NCBI GenBank assembly: GCA_020850595.1
Contig: JADZEK010000073.1
Span: forward strand, 12,076 to 76,075
Reading direction: 5' to 3'
Length of the DNA: 64,000 nucleotides
Source: Anaerolineales bacterium
Lineage (GTDB): Bacteria; Chloroflexota; Anaerolineae; Anaerolineales; UBA6663
Below the pieces are notes generated by a model. It was not told the DNA's origin, searched no databases, and saw nothing but the letters and a program-made list of their open reading frames with translations. Shown here piece after piece: positions 45,113 through 53,981 of the stretch. The translations under genes and the position numbers were made by a program. Position 1 is the first letter of the stretch, and each line of letters opens with the position of its first letter.

Positions 45113-45847
45113 GTGTCCATGCCTGAGCCCCTCATCCGCGTCAGCGGCCTGCGCAAGTCGTTTGTCATGGGCCGCGAGACGGTGCATGCCCTGGCCGGCG
45201 TTGACCTGTCCGTCGAGGCGCGCACCTTCTCGGCCGTCGTCGGGCCGTCGGGGTCGGGCAAAAGCACGCTGCTCTACCTGTTGGGTGGCCTCGACCGGCC
45301 CACCAGCGGGCAGATCGTCGTCGGCGGGCAGGCCATTGATCAGTTGGATGAGAACGCCCTGGCGGTCTACCGGCGGCGCATGGTCGGGTTCATCTTTCAG
45401 TCGTTCAACCTGATCTCGAGTATGACGGCGGTGGAGAACGTGGCCTTCCCCATGCGCTTTGCGCGCCTCTCGCGCCGCCAGCGCCACGAGCGCGCCCAGG
45501 CCCTGCTCAAGCAGGTAGGCCTTGAGAACCGGGCCTACCACAGGCCCACGGAATTGTCCGGCGGGCAGCAGCAGCGCGTGGCGATTGCCCGCGCCCTGGT
45601 CAACGATCCACAGCTCATCCTGGCCGATGAGCCGACCGGCAACCTGGACACGCACAGCGGCGCCGTCATTATTCAGATGCTCCTGGAACTGCACGCCCAG
45701 GGCCGCACCGTGCTGATGGTCACGCACGACCCGCGCCTGGTGCGTTTCGCCACCCAATCTATCCGGCTGGTGGATGGCCAGGTCGTCACCGCCGAGCAGT
45801 ATGAGCAAGCCCTGGCCGTGCAAATGGCCGCCGCGCCGCCCGACTGA
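45113..45847 (+). CDS. ABC transporter ATP-binding protein (MacB/LolD/FtsE type)
   Basis: 244 aa. Walker [10 protein letters not shown], signature LSGGQQQRV, Walker B ILADEPT. Confidence 0.9.
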   Translation: MSMPEPLIRVSGLRKSFVMGRETVHALAGVDLSVEARTFSAVVGPSGSGKSTLLYLLGGLDRPTSGQIVVGGQAIDQLDENALAVYRRRMVGFIFQSFNLISSMTAVENVAFPMRFARLSRRQRHERAQALLKQVGLENRAYHRPTELSGGQQQRVAIARALVNDPQLILADEPTGNLDTHSGAVIIQMLLELHAQGRTVLMVTHDPRLVRFATQSIRLVDGQVVTAEQYEQALAVQMAAAPPD

Positions 45848-45868
45848 TGCCATAGGCCCCGTGACCTC

Positions 45869-47686
45869 ATGAAAAAACACCTGCATCCCCTCCTGACTTT
45901 CAGCCTCCTGGCCGTGCTGGCTCTGGGCACGAGCCTCACCTTCCGCCCTGCGCTCGCCGACGGACCGGATTTCTTCGTGCAACCCGGTACCGTCTCGAAC
46001 GCCGCGGCTACCAACGCCGTGATCTATGGCGCGAACGTGGACTGGCCGGAGGGCACCCTCGTGGTGCTAGATGGCGTGGGGGCGCTGGCGACCACGCGCG
46101 TCAGCAACACCGTGCTTACCGTTGTCATTCCGCAGGGGCTGACGCCCGGCGTCTACGGCATGAGCGTCATCAACGCCAACTCGGCCGTGCCGCCCATCAC
46201 CAAGGCGGGCGTTCTCACCGTCACCGGCGCCACCAGCACACCCCCGGCCACGGCTTTCGTGCGCCCGCTGCTGACTGTGCAGTCCTACGGCGCCAGCTCG
46301 GCCACCATCACCCCCGGCACCGACCTCGATTTCGAGATGACGTTCGTCAACAGCGGCGGCTCCGGCGCGACCAACATCATTGTCACCTTCGCCACCGGCG
46401 ACTTCACCCCGCGCGTGACCGGCGGCGTGCGCTCGGTGCGCAACCTTGGCCCGGGCGAAAGCGATAAGGTCTTTCAGCCGTTGACGGCCAACCGCAGCCT
46501 CGCCGGCAACAGCACCGCCTCACTGGCCGTCAACGTCACTTACACCGACGCCAACGGCCAGGGCTACAGCGGCGACTTCACACTCACCTTCCCGGTCACG
46601 CCCAGCGGCGGCGGCCCCGTGGCTACCAGCACGCCCACCCCCACGCCCACCCAGCGCGTGGTGCTGCGCCCGCAGTTGCTCATCACCGCCTACACCACCG
46701 ATGTCGAGCTGCTCCAGCCCGGCACGCGCTTCACCCTGCACCTGGATGTTCAGAACCTGGGTGCGGCTGATGCCCGCCGCATCACCATGATCGCGGGCGG
46801 TGGCACGGCCGGGGGCGGCGACGGCAGCGGCACGCCCACCGGCCCCGGCGGCGTCTCGGGCAGCGGTGGCGACTTCAGCCACTTCGCGCCGGTCAACTCC
46901 TCCAACGTGCAGAGCCTGGGCGATCTCGCCCAGGGCCAGAGCCTGAGCGCCGAGCAAACCTTTGTGGTCAACGCCACCACCACGGCCGGCGCGTATCCCA
47001 TGGAGTTCTCCTTCATCTACGGCGCCGACAGCGGCAACTACACCGACGATCAGGTCATCACCCTGCTGGTGTACGAACTGCCCCAGGTAGACATGAGCCT
47101 GTACCTCGACCCCGGGCCGTTCTTCCAGTTTCAGCCCAACTTGCTGCCGGTGCAGATCGTCAACCTGGGCCGCAAGACCAGCGTGCTCGGCAACATGCGC
47201 GTTAGCGCCGCGAGCGCGGGCGTCACCCTCGCCAACAACATCATCCTGGTCGGCGCGCTTGACCCCGGCGGCTTCTTCACGCTTGACGCCAGCGTCATTC
47301 CCGACACCCCCGGCCCGCTGGAGCTGTACATCACCGTGGATTACACCGATGACTTCAACCAGCAGCGCACCATCACCGACACTGTGACCGTCGAGGTGAT
47401 CGAGAACGTGCCGATTGACCCTGACAACGGCGGTGATGGCGGTGGCGAGCCGCCCCCGCCGGTGGTCGAACCAGAGACCTTTTGGGATAAGGTCGTGCGC
47501 TTTCTCAAGGGGCTGTTCGGCCTCGACAGCGGCATTGCGCCGGATGGCGGCGGCGTTTTCCCAGACGGCGGTGGCGTTGCGCCGGATGGCGGCGGTATTG
47601 CGCCGGATGATGGCGGCGTGATTGAGACCACGCCCGCGCCCATCAATCCTCGGGGCCTGGCGCCGAACGGTAGTAGAATACGTTAG
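45869..47686 (+). CDS. Secreted multi-domain beta-sandwich protein (IPT/CARDB-like repeats) with C-terminal 7-aa tandem repeat
   Basis: 605 aa. Signal peptide then successive beta-rich domains of about 100 aa (TVTGA...; ...NLGAADARRI...; ...VNLGRKTSVL... as in CARDB). C-terminus (G)IAPDGGG x4. Confidence 0.5.
   Translation: MKKHLHPLLTFSLLAVLALGTSLTFRPALADGPDFFVQPGTVSNAAATNAVIYGANVDWPEGTLVVLDGVGALATTRVSNTVLTVVIPQGLTPGVYGMSVINANSAVPPITKAGVLTVTGATSTPPATAFVRPLLTVQSYGASSATITPGTDLDFEMTFVNSGGSGATNIIVTFATGDFTPRVTGGVRSVRNLGPGESDKVFQPLTANRSLAGNSTASLAVNVTYTDANGQGYSGDFTLTFPVTPSGGGPVATSTPTPTPTQRVVLRPQLLITAYTTDVELLQPGTRFTLHLDVQNLGAADARRITMIAGGGTAGGGDGSGTPTGPGGVSGSGGDFSHFAPVNSSNVQSLGDLAQGQSLSAEQTFVVNATTTAGAYPMEFSFIYGADSGNYTDDQVITLLVYELPQVDMSLYLDPGPFFQFQPNLLPVQIVNLGRKTSVLGNMRVSAASAGVTLANNIILVGALDPGGFFTLDASVIPDTPGPLELYITVDYTDDFNQQRTITDTVTVEVIENVPIDPDNGGDGGGEPPPPVVEPETFWDKVVRFLKGLFGLDSGIAPDGGGVFPDGGGVAPDGGGIAPDDGGVIETTPAPINPRGLAPNGSRIR
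47531..47620 (+). repeat. 21-nt tandem repeat (about 4 copies) encoding IAPDGGG-type heptads
   Basis: attgcgccggatggcggcggc / gttttcccagacggcggtggc / gttgcgccggatggcggcggt / attgcgccggatgatggcggc. Coordinates approximate. Confidence 0.6.
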
Positions 47687-47737
47687 GAACTGGTTTGGAC
47701 GATCATTGGGGGCCGGAACACCGGGCCGCGCCGGCGG

Positions 47738-49084
47738 GTGAGTGGCATAGGTGTCGTCATGGGCTTATTTGACCTGCTCGCCCTCATCTTCGAGAACCTG
47801 GGCCGCCGCAAGGCGCGCGTGAGCCTCACGGCGGTGGGCGTGGTCATCGGCACCGCCGCGGTGGTGGTGCTGGTGTCGCTGGGCGTCGGCTTGCAGCGCA
47901 ACGCCAACGAACAACTGGCCGGCATCGGCGACCTGACGCGTATTGACGTCAACCCCAGCTTTGGGGACGGCCCAATCGTTGAAGGCCGCGGCGGCGGGGG
48001 TGGCGGCGGAGGCGGCCCCAGCGCCGTCGCCGTCTTGAATGACGACGCCCTGGCCCAGTTTGCGGCCCTGCCGGGCGTCACGGCCGTCATTCCACGCGAC
48101 TGGCTGAACGGCAGCGCCATGCTGTACTACGGCCGCCTGGAAACCTACGCTTCGATCATGGGCGTGGGCGCCGACAGCGTCACCGACATGGGCGTCACCG
48201 CCCAGCAAGGCACGCTCGATCTCGCCAAGGGCACCGCCGTCATCGGCGTCAACGTGCCGATGCAGTTCTACGACCCTAAGATTCGGCCCGGCCAGGAGCC
48301 GGCCCCGCCGCCCGACCTGGTGGGCCAGACCATCAAGCTCACGCTCATCAAGTACTCCTCCGACGGCGTTGAGATTCGCAAGTCGGTGCAGGTGCAGGTT
48401 GTCGGCCTCATGGCCGAGACGCGCGGCGAGTCCGACTGGTCTATCTACATGTCGCTGGCCGACGTGACCGCGTTCAACGAGTGGTTTCTCGGAAAGCGTA
48501 TCAACCGTCCCAAAGACGGCTATAACATGGCGGTGGTCAAGGTGGATACCGTTGAGCATGTCCTCGACGTGGCCGACCAGATCACCACCCTGGGTTTTCA
48601 GGCTTTTACACCGCAGTCGTTCGTGCAGGGTATCAACAGCTTCTACATCGTGCTGCAGGTCGTCTTTGGCGGCGTAGGCGCCATTGCCCTGCTGGTGGCC
48701 GCCATCGGCATTGCCAACACCATGGCCATGGCTATCCTGGAACGCACGCGCGAGATCGGCCTGATGAAGGCCGTGGGCGCGACTAACCGCGATGTGCTCA
48801 CCGTATTCCTGGGCGAGGCGGCCGGCATCGGTTTCCTGGGCGGGGTGGGGGGCGTGGCCCTGGGCTGGAGCGCGGGCCAGATCATCAACGTGCTGGCGGT
48901 GGCCTACCTGGCGGGCCAGGCGGCCACCAACGGCACGCCGCCGCCGACCTCGGCCGTGTTTACGCCGACCTGGCTGCCGATCTTTTCGATTGCCTTTGCG
49001 ACGCTCATCGGCCTGGTCTCGGGGCTTTACCCGGCGCTGCGCGCGGCGACGCTCGTGCCGGTGAACGCGCTGAAGTACGAGTAG
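47738..49084 (+). CDS. ABC transporter permease, FtsX/MacB family
   Basis: 448 aa. N-terminal TM, large periplasmic domain, C-terminal bundle of three TM helices with MacB-like motif. Has a poly-Gly stretch GRGGGGGGGGGPS. Confidence 0.85.
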   Translation: MSGIGVVMGLFDLLALIFENLGRRKARVSLTAVGVVIGTAAVVVLVSLGVGLQRNANEQLAGIGDLTRIDVNPSFGDGPIVEGRGGGGGGGGGPSAVAVLNDDALAQFAALPGVTAVIPRDWLNGSAMLYYGRLETYASIMGVGADSVTDMGVTAQQGTLDLAKGTAVIGVNVPMQFYDPKIRPGQEPAPPPDLVGQTIKLTLIKYSSDGVEIRKSVQVQVVGLMAETRGESDWSIYMSLADVTAFNEWFLGKRINRPKDGYNMAVVKVDTVEHVLDVADQITTLGFQAFTPQSFVQGINSFYIVLQVVFGGVGAIALLVAAIGIANTMAMAILERTREIGLMKAVGATNRDVLTVFLGEAAGIGFLGGVGGVALGWSAGQIINVLAVAYLAGQAATNGTPPPTSAVFTPTWLPIFSIAFATLIGLVSGLYPALRAATLVPVNALKYE

Positions 49085-49131
49085 GGGCGGCCTTCCGCGC
49101 CGCGACCACCGCCGCGCGGTGCTGCAAGGTC

Positions 49132-50961
49132 TTGGGGAGTATTGCCGGCTTGGACGCTATCCTGCCACGTCACGAGCTGCCGGAAGCCTGGACCGGCAAG
49201 GGCGCCTGCCCGGTCTGCCGGACGCGCGGCCGCCTATCCGTCGTCCATCAGGCTGCCGCGCCCGACCAGTTGTGGTGCGCGGCCTGCGACGCGGCCTTTG
49301 AGGTCGAGTCCGACGGCGCACACCTCCGGTTGATGCGCCTGCCCGCCAGCAGCGTGACGGCCCCCCCTGAACTGCTGCAACAGTGGGTGCTGCCCTCGGA
49401 GCTTGCCGCCCGCCTCGCCGCCTCACCGTCCCCAACTGCCCCAACTGAGACGCCGGCCGCCGTGACGCCGCGCCAGGCCGAGGTGCGCGAACTGCTTTAC
49501 GGGCCTGAAACCACCTCGCCCGTCGCGCCGCCGCCTGAGCCGCCCCTGGCTGCCCAGGCCGCCGTCGCCCTGCTGGCCGCCGTGTCGGCCCCGCCCGCCC
49601 CGCCCCTGGAATCTGCCCCTGCTGCCGAGGCCGACAGCCTAGCGCCCGAGTCGGCCGCGCTGTTGTCGGCGCTGCTGAACGAGCCGCCCTCGCCGGCTGT
49701 GTCCGCCGCTGACGCCGGTTTCATCGATGCGCCCGCGGCTGTCGCCCTGGAAACCGCCTCGGAAGCTGTTTCGGAGGCCGACGGCGAAGCCGCGCCCGAC
49801 GCTGCCCCGACCGACTCAGTCATGCCGGCCGCGCCGCTCGATCAGGGCGACGCCGCCGCGCTCCTCGCCCAATTGCTCGACGAACTGCCCGCCGCCCAGC
49901 CGTCCGAACCCGAGGCCGCGTTCCTCGACGCCCTCGCCGGTGGGGTGTCGCCCGCCGCCGCTGATTCCGCGTCCACCCCCGCCGGCGCCGTGCCCGAGGT
50001 TGGGCTGGCGCCGGCGGCTTCACAGGCCGTCGCCGGGCCAGCCGTCATCGTCATTCCCGCGACCCCGCCCGAACCGACCGAGTTGGCCGCGCGCGCCAGG
50101 CAGCTTTACCAGTTCGGAAACAGCCTGGCTCACATCCAGGCGGCTTTGGAGCGCACCGGCGCCAGCGCCGAGCAGGTGGCGGCGGCCATGCGCGAAGTGC
50201 GCGCCCTCGATCAGCAGCGCCGGACGCGCCACACCCGCACCTACCACTGGCTGGCCGGCGCGGGCCTGCTGCTCGTGCTGCTGCTGATCGGCGCCGCAGC
50301 GTTTTCGACGCTGCTCTCTGGGCCGAGCGCGCCCGCCGGGCCGACCGGCACACTGGGGCCTACCATCACGCCCGGCGGCCCCACACTCACGCCCACGCTC
50401 GCGTATAACCCCATCATCGCGCTCATCAACCTGGTCATGCCGTCCGACGTGAAGATCGTCAACGGCAACACGCCTACGCCCGGCCCTTCGCCGGAGTGGC
50501 TGGGCGCGCTCTTCCCGCCCACCGCTACACCCGCGCCGGCCACCGCCACCGCGCAAGCCGCGACGGCGCAGGCCCTGGTAGAGACTGCCGCCGCCAAGAG
50601 CACCGCCGAGCACGTGGAAGACGGCGTGCCCGATTGGATTAAAGCCCTTGTGCCCGACGGCATCACCGTGGTGGGCGTGCCGACCCCCGCCGTGCACGCG
50701 TCCGGTCCGCCGCGGTCCAATTGCCCATTGACAGCGGAGTTGGCCGCGGCGCTGTTTGGGGGCACGGCCGCCAACTGGAGCTACGACTCCGAGAATAACG
50801 GCTGGTTTATGACACTGATTGACACGCCCACCAGCGTGCGCGTGCCGGCCAACATGTCGGCCGGTTATCTGGTGCTGGGCGAGACGTTCGAGTTCCGCAA
50901 CGTTCACGGCCCGGCCACGCTCGACAACATCAACTTCATCGCTATCAGCTGCGACTTGTAG
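49132..50961 (+). CDS. Zinc-ribbon / disordered Ala-Pro-Glu-rich / single-TM / extracytoplasmic-domain protein (anti-sigma-factor-like architecture)
   Basis: 609 aa. CPVCRTRG...CAACDAAF zinc ribbon, about 300 aa of low-complexity acidic A/P, TM helix YHWLAGAGLLLVLLLIGAAAF, PT linker, and a C-terminal domain of about 120 aa ending ISCDL. Confidence 0.45.
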   Translation: MGSIAGLDAILPRHELPEAWTGKGACPVCRTRGRLSVVHQAAAPDQLWCAACDAAFEVESDGAHLRLMRLPASSVTAPPELLQQWVLPSELAARLAASPSPTAPTETPAAVTPRQAEVRELLYGPETTSPVAPPPEPPLAAQAAVALLAAVSAPPAPPLESAPAAEADSLAPESAALLSALLNEPPSPAVSAADAGFIDAPAAVALETASEAVSEADGEAAPDAAPTDSVMPAAPLDQGDAAALLAQLLDELPAAQPSEPEAAFLDALAGGVSPAAADSASTPAGAVPEVGLAPAASQAVAGPAVIVIPATPPEPTELAARARQLYQFGNSLAHIQAALERTGASAEQVAAAMREVRALDQQRRTRHTRTYHWLAGAGLLLVLLLIGAAAFSTLLSGPSAPAGPTGTLGPTITPGGPTLTPTLAYNPIIALINLVMPSDVKIVNGNTPTPGPSPEWLGALFPPTATPAPATATAQAATAQALVETAAAKSTAEHVEDGVPDWIKALVPDGITVVGVPTPAVHASGPPRSNCPLTAELAAALFGGTAANWSYDSENNGWFMTLIDTPTSVRVPANMSAGYLVLGETFEFRNVHGPATLDNINFIAISCDL

Positions 50962-50964
50962 CGG

Positions 50965-51492
50965 CTACAGCTCTCTCACCATCAGCCAATCGGTCTGCGG
51001 GTCGTCGCCCACCACGAACGTCAGCGCGCCCGCGATGCGAAAGCCCTGTTTCAGATAAAACGCGATTCCCCGCGCGTTGCGGTTCCATGTGCTCAGCCAC
51101 AGCGCGTCGGCCCCAACTGCGCGCGCCGTGTCCAGACAGGCGGCCATCAGCGCCTGCGCCAGCCCGCGCCCGTGCCATGCCCTATCCACATAGAACCGCA
51201 CCAATTCCATTGGCCGCTGGCCCGGCACCCCCTCCGGCGCGGGCTCGAACTTCAGCCAGGCGTAGCCCACGGGTCTACCCGCCTCCTCCGCGATCAGGTA
51301 AGGCGAGTCCGGCGCGGCCAACTGGGCCGCCTGCTTTTCGGGGCTGTAGGTCTCGGCCAGGTAAGCCGCCAGGTTCTCCGGCGTGTTGTCTGCGCCGAAC
51401 GCCGCGCTGAACTGCGCCGCCCCGAACTCGGCCAACCGGGTGTTATCGGCCGCTGTCGCGGCGCGGATGGTGTAGGGTGCGTCAATCGTCAT
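50965..51492 (-). CDS. GNAT-family N-acetyltransferase
   Basis: Start at MTIDAPY. RGLAQALMAA and the other GNAT motif A/B positions are present. Confidence 0.8.
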   Translation of the reverse strand: MTIDAPYTIRAATAADNTRLAEFGAAQFSAAFGADNTPENLAAYLAETYSPEKQAAQLAAPDSPYLIAEEAGRPVGYAWLKFEPAPEGVPGQRPMELVRFYVDRAWHGRGLAQALMAACLDTARAVGADALWLSTWNRNARGIAFYLKQGFRIAGALTFVVGDDPQTDWLMVREL

Positions 51493-51686
51493 CGTCAAAC
51501 CTTTCCAAGCGGGTGCGCGTATTGTCGAGAAGCCTGGGGTGCTGTCAAGCTCCACGCCGATGCCTAACAAAATTAGGCGCGACGCTCTCCATCGGGCCGA
51601 TTGATAGGTGGTACAATCGGATGTCCATTGAACTTACGCGCGGCCCAGCCTGATGGGCGGCCGCTGAACGCTGTAGGAGGCGCACT

Positions 51687-52580
51687 ATGGAACCGGACAA
51701 GCAGTTGGGCACCCTCACCGTCAAGCGCGGCCACGCGCAAATGCTCAAGGGCGGCGTCATCATGGACGTCGTCACCGCCGACCAGGCCCGCATCGCCGAA
51801 GACGCCGGCGCTTGCGCCGTGATGGCCCTCGAGCGCGTGCCGGCCGACATCCGCGCCGATGGCGGCGTGGCCCGCATGAGCGACCCCGACATGATCCTGT
51901 CCATCATGGAGGCCGTCTCCATCCCCGTCATGGCGAAATGCCGCATCGGCCACTTCGTCGAGGCGCAGATCCTTGAAGCCCTGGGCGTGGATTACATTGA
52001 CGAGTCGGAAGTGCTCACGCCCGCCGACGAGCAGTTCCACGTGAACAAGCATGATTTCACCGTGCCGTTTGTGTGCGGCTGCCGCAACCTGGGTGAGGCC
52101 CTGCGCCGCATCGGCGAGGGCGCGGCCATGATGCGCACCAAGGGCGAGGCCGGCACCGGCGATGTGGTCGAGGCTGTGCGCCACGCCCGCTCAGTCATGG
52201 GCGAGATCCGCCGCCTGACCACCATGGATGAATCTGAGCTGATGACCTACGCCAAGGACATTCAGGCGCCCTATGAACTGGTGAAGGAAACCAAGGCCCT
52301 CGGCCGCCTGCCGGTTGTCAACTTCGCCGCCGGCGGCATCGCCACGCCCGCCGACGCCGCCCTGATGATGCAGCTCGGCGTGGACGGCGTGTTCGTCGGC
52401 TCAGGCATCTTCAAGTCCGGCGATCCGGCCAAGCGCGCCAAGGCCATTGTGCAAGCCACCACCCACTTCCGCGATGCCAAGCTGCTGGGTGAAGTTAGCC
52501 GCAACCTGGGCGAGGCCATGGTCGGCCGGTCGGCGGCGTCGCTGCCGGAGGCGGAGTTGCTCGCGGTGCGGGGCTGGTAA
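51687..52580 (+). CDS. pdxS: Pyridoxal 5'-phosphate synthase, lyase subunit
   Basis: 297 aa. GGVIMDV...AEDAGA...MAKCRIGHF, near-canonical PdxS. Confidence 0.95.
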   Translation: MEPDKQLGTLTVKRGHAQMLKGGVIMDVVTADQARIAEDAGACAVMALERVPADIRADGGVARMSDPDMILSIMEAVSIPVMAKCRIGHFVEAQILEALGVDYIDESEVLTPADEQFHVNKHDFTVPFVCGCRNLGEALRRIGEGAAMMRTKGEAGTGDVVEAVRHARSVMGEIRRLTTMDESELMTYAKDIQAPYELVKETKALGRLPVVNFAAGGIATPADAALMMQLGVDGVFVGSGIFKSGDPAKRAKAIVQATTHFRDAKLLGEVSRNLGEAMVGRSAASLPEAELLAVRGW

Positions 52581-53174
52581 GTGGCGCGGTTCGGCGTCCT
52601 GGCCCTACAGGGCGACTTTCTTGAGCACAGCGTCATGCTGCGCGGCCTCGGCCACGAGGCGGTCGAGGTGCGCAAGCCGAAGCAACTCGCCGGGCTGGCG
52701 GGTCTGATCATCCCCGGCGGCGAGTCCACCACCATCGGCAAGCTGGCTGTGGAATACGGGCTGATGGACCCGCTGCGGGCCTTTGCCGCCGAGCGGCCCA
52801 TCTGGGGCACCTGCGCCGGGGCGATCTTCCTGGCCGGCGACGCGCACCGCGACCAGCCCCTGCTCGGCCTGATGGACATCACCGTCGTGCGCAACGCCTT
52901 CGGTCGCCAGGTGGATAGCTTTGAGATCAACCTGGACGTGCCCGCGCTGCCCGCCGCGCCGGGGGAGGGCGCCCGGCCGTTTCATGCCGTTTTCATTCGC
53001 GCGCCCCTCATCGAGCGGGTGGGGCCGGGGGTTGAGGTGCTGGCCCGTTTGCCCAATAACGGCATCGTGGCCGCGCGTCAGGGCCGCTTGCTGGCGACCA
53101 GCTTTCACCCCGAGCTGTCTGGCGACGACCGCTTTCACCGCTTATTTGCCGGGCTGGCCGCGTCTTCTGTCTGA
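52581..53174 (+). CDS. pdxT: Pyridoxal 5'-phosphate synthase, glutaminase subunit
   Basis: 197 aa, GTG start immediately after the pdxS stop. GVLALQGDF...GTCAG catalytic Cys block. Confidence 0.9.
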   Translation: MARFGVLALQGDFLEHSVMLRGLGHEAVEVRKPKQLAGLAGLIIPGGESTTIGKLAVEYGLMDPLRAFAAERPIWGTCAGAIFLAGDAHRDQPLLGLMDITVVRNAFGRQVDSFEINLDVPALPAAPGEGARPFHAVFIRAPLIERVGPGVEVLARLPNNGIVAARQGRLLATSFHPELSGDDRFHRLFAGLAASSV

Positions 53175-53207
53175 TCGGCGCCGCCCGCAGTCCAGGACTG
53201 ATCTGTC

Positions 53208-53978
53208 ATGGCCATCATGCTTAAACGTCCGCAGGACGTGGAAGCCATGCGCGCCGCCGGCAAAATTGTGGCGACCGCCTTTGCCCAACTGAAGGAAGAC
53301 ATTCGCCCCGGCGTCAGCCTGCGCGAGTTGGATGAGCGCGTGGCCGCGCTGCTCAAGCGCGAGGGCGCCGAACCGCTCTACCAGGGCTACCGCGGCAACC
53401 CGCCCACCCACCCGCCGTTTCCCGGCGTAATCTGCGCCTCGGTCAACAACCAGGTCTGTCACGGCCTGCCCACCGAGCGCCGCCTCAGCGAGGGCGACAT
53501 CGTCGGCATAGACATCGGCCTCAAGTACAAGGGCTGGTGCGGCGACTCGTGCGTCACCTACCCGGTGGGCCGGGTCACACCGCAGGCCGCGCGCCTGCTG
53601 GAGGTGGCCGAGGCCGCCATGTGGCAGGGTATCCACGCTGCCCAGGTCGGCCGCCACCTGAGCGACATCGGGGCCGTCATCCAGGCCTATGCCGCCGGCT
53701 TCGGCTACTCGGTCATCTACAACTGGGGCGGCCACGGCATCGGCCGCAACCTGCACGAAGACCCGTCCGTGCCGCACCGCGGCCCCGGCGGGCAAGGCCC
53801 GAAGCTGCGTCCCGGCATGATCTTTACCGTGGAGCCGATGATCAACGCCGGCGGGCCGGAGTGGGTGCTGCTGCGCGACGGCTGGACGGTGGTGACCAAG
53901 GACGGCGCGCTCTCAGCCCAGTTCGAGCACACCATCGTCATCACGCCCGACGGGCCGGGCGTGCTCTCAAAACTCTAG
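53208..53978 (+). CDS. map: Type I methionine aminopeptidase
   Basis: 256 aa. Canonical metal-ligand blocks (D..D..H..E..E). Confidence 0.95.
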   Translation: MAIMLKRPQDVEAMRAAGKIVATAFAQLKEDIRPGVSLRELDERVAALLKREGAEPLYQGYRGNPPTHPPFPGVICASVNNQVCHGLPTERRLSEGDIVGIDIGLKYKGWCGDSCVTYPVGRVTPQAARLLEVAEAAMWQGIHAAQVGRHLSDIGAVIQAYAAGFGYSVIYNWGGHGIGRNLHEDPSVPHRGPGGQGPKLRPGMIFTVEPMINAGGPEWVLLRDGWTVVTKDGALSAQFEHTIVITPDGPGVLSKL

Positions 53979-53981
53979 AAC

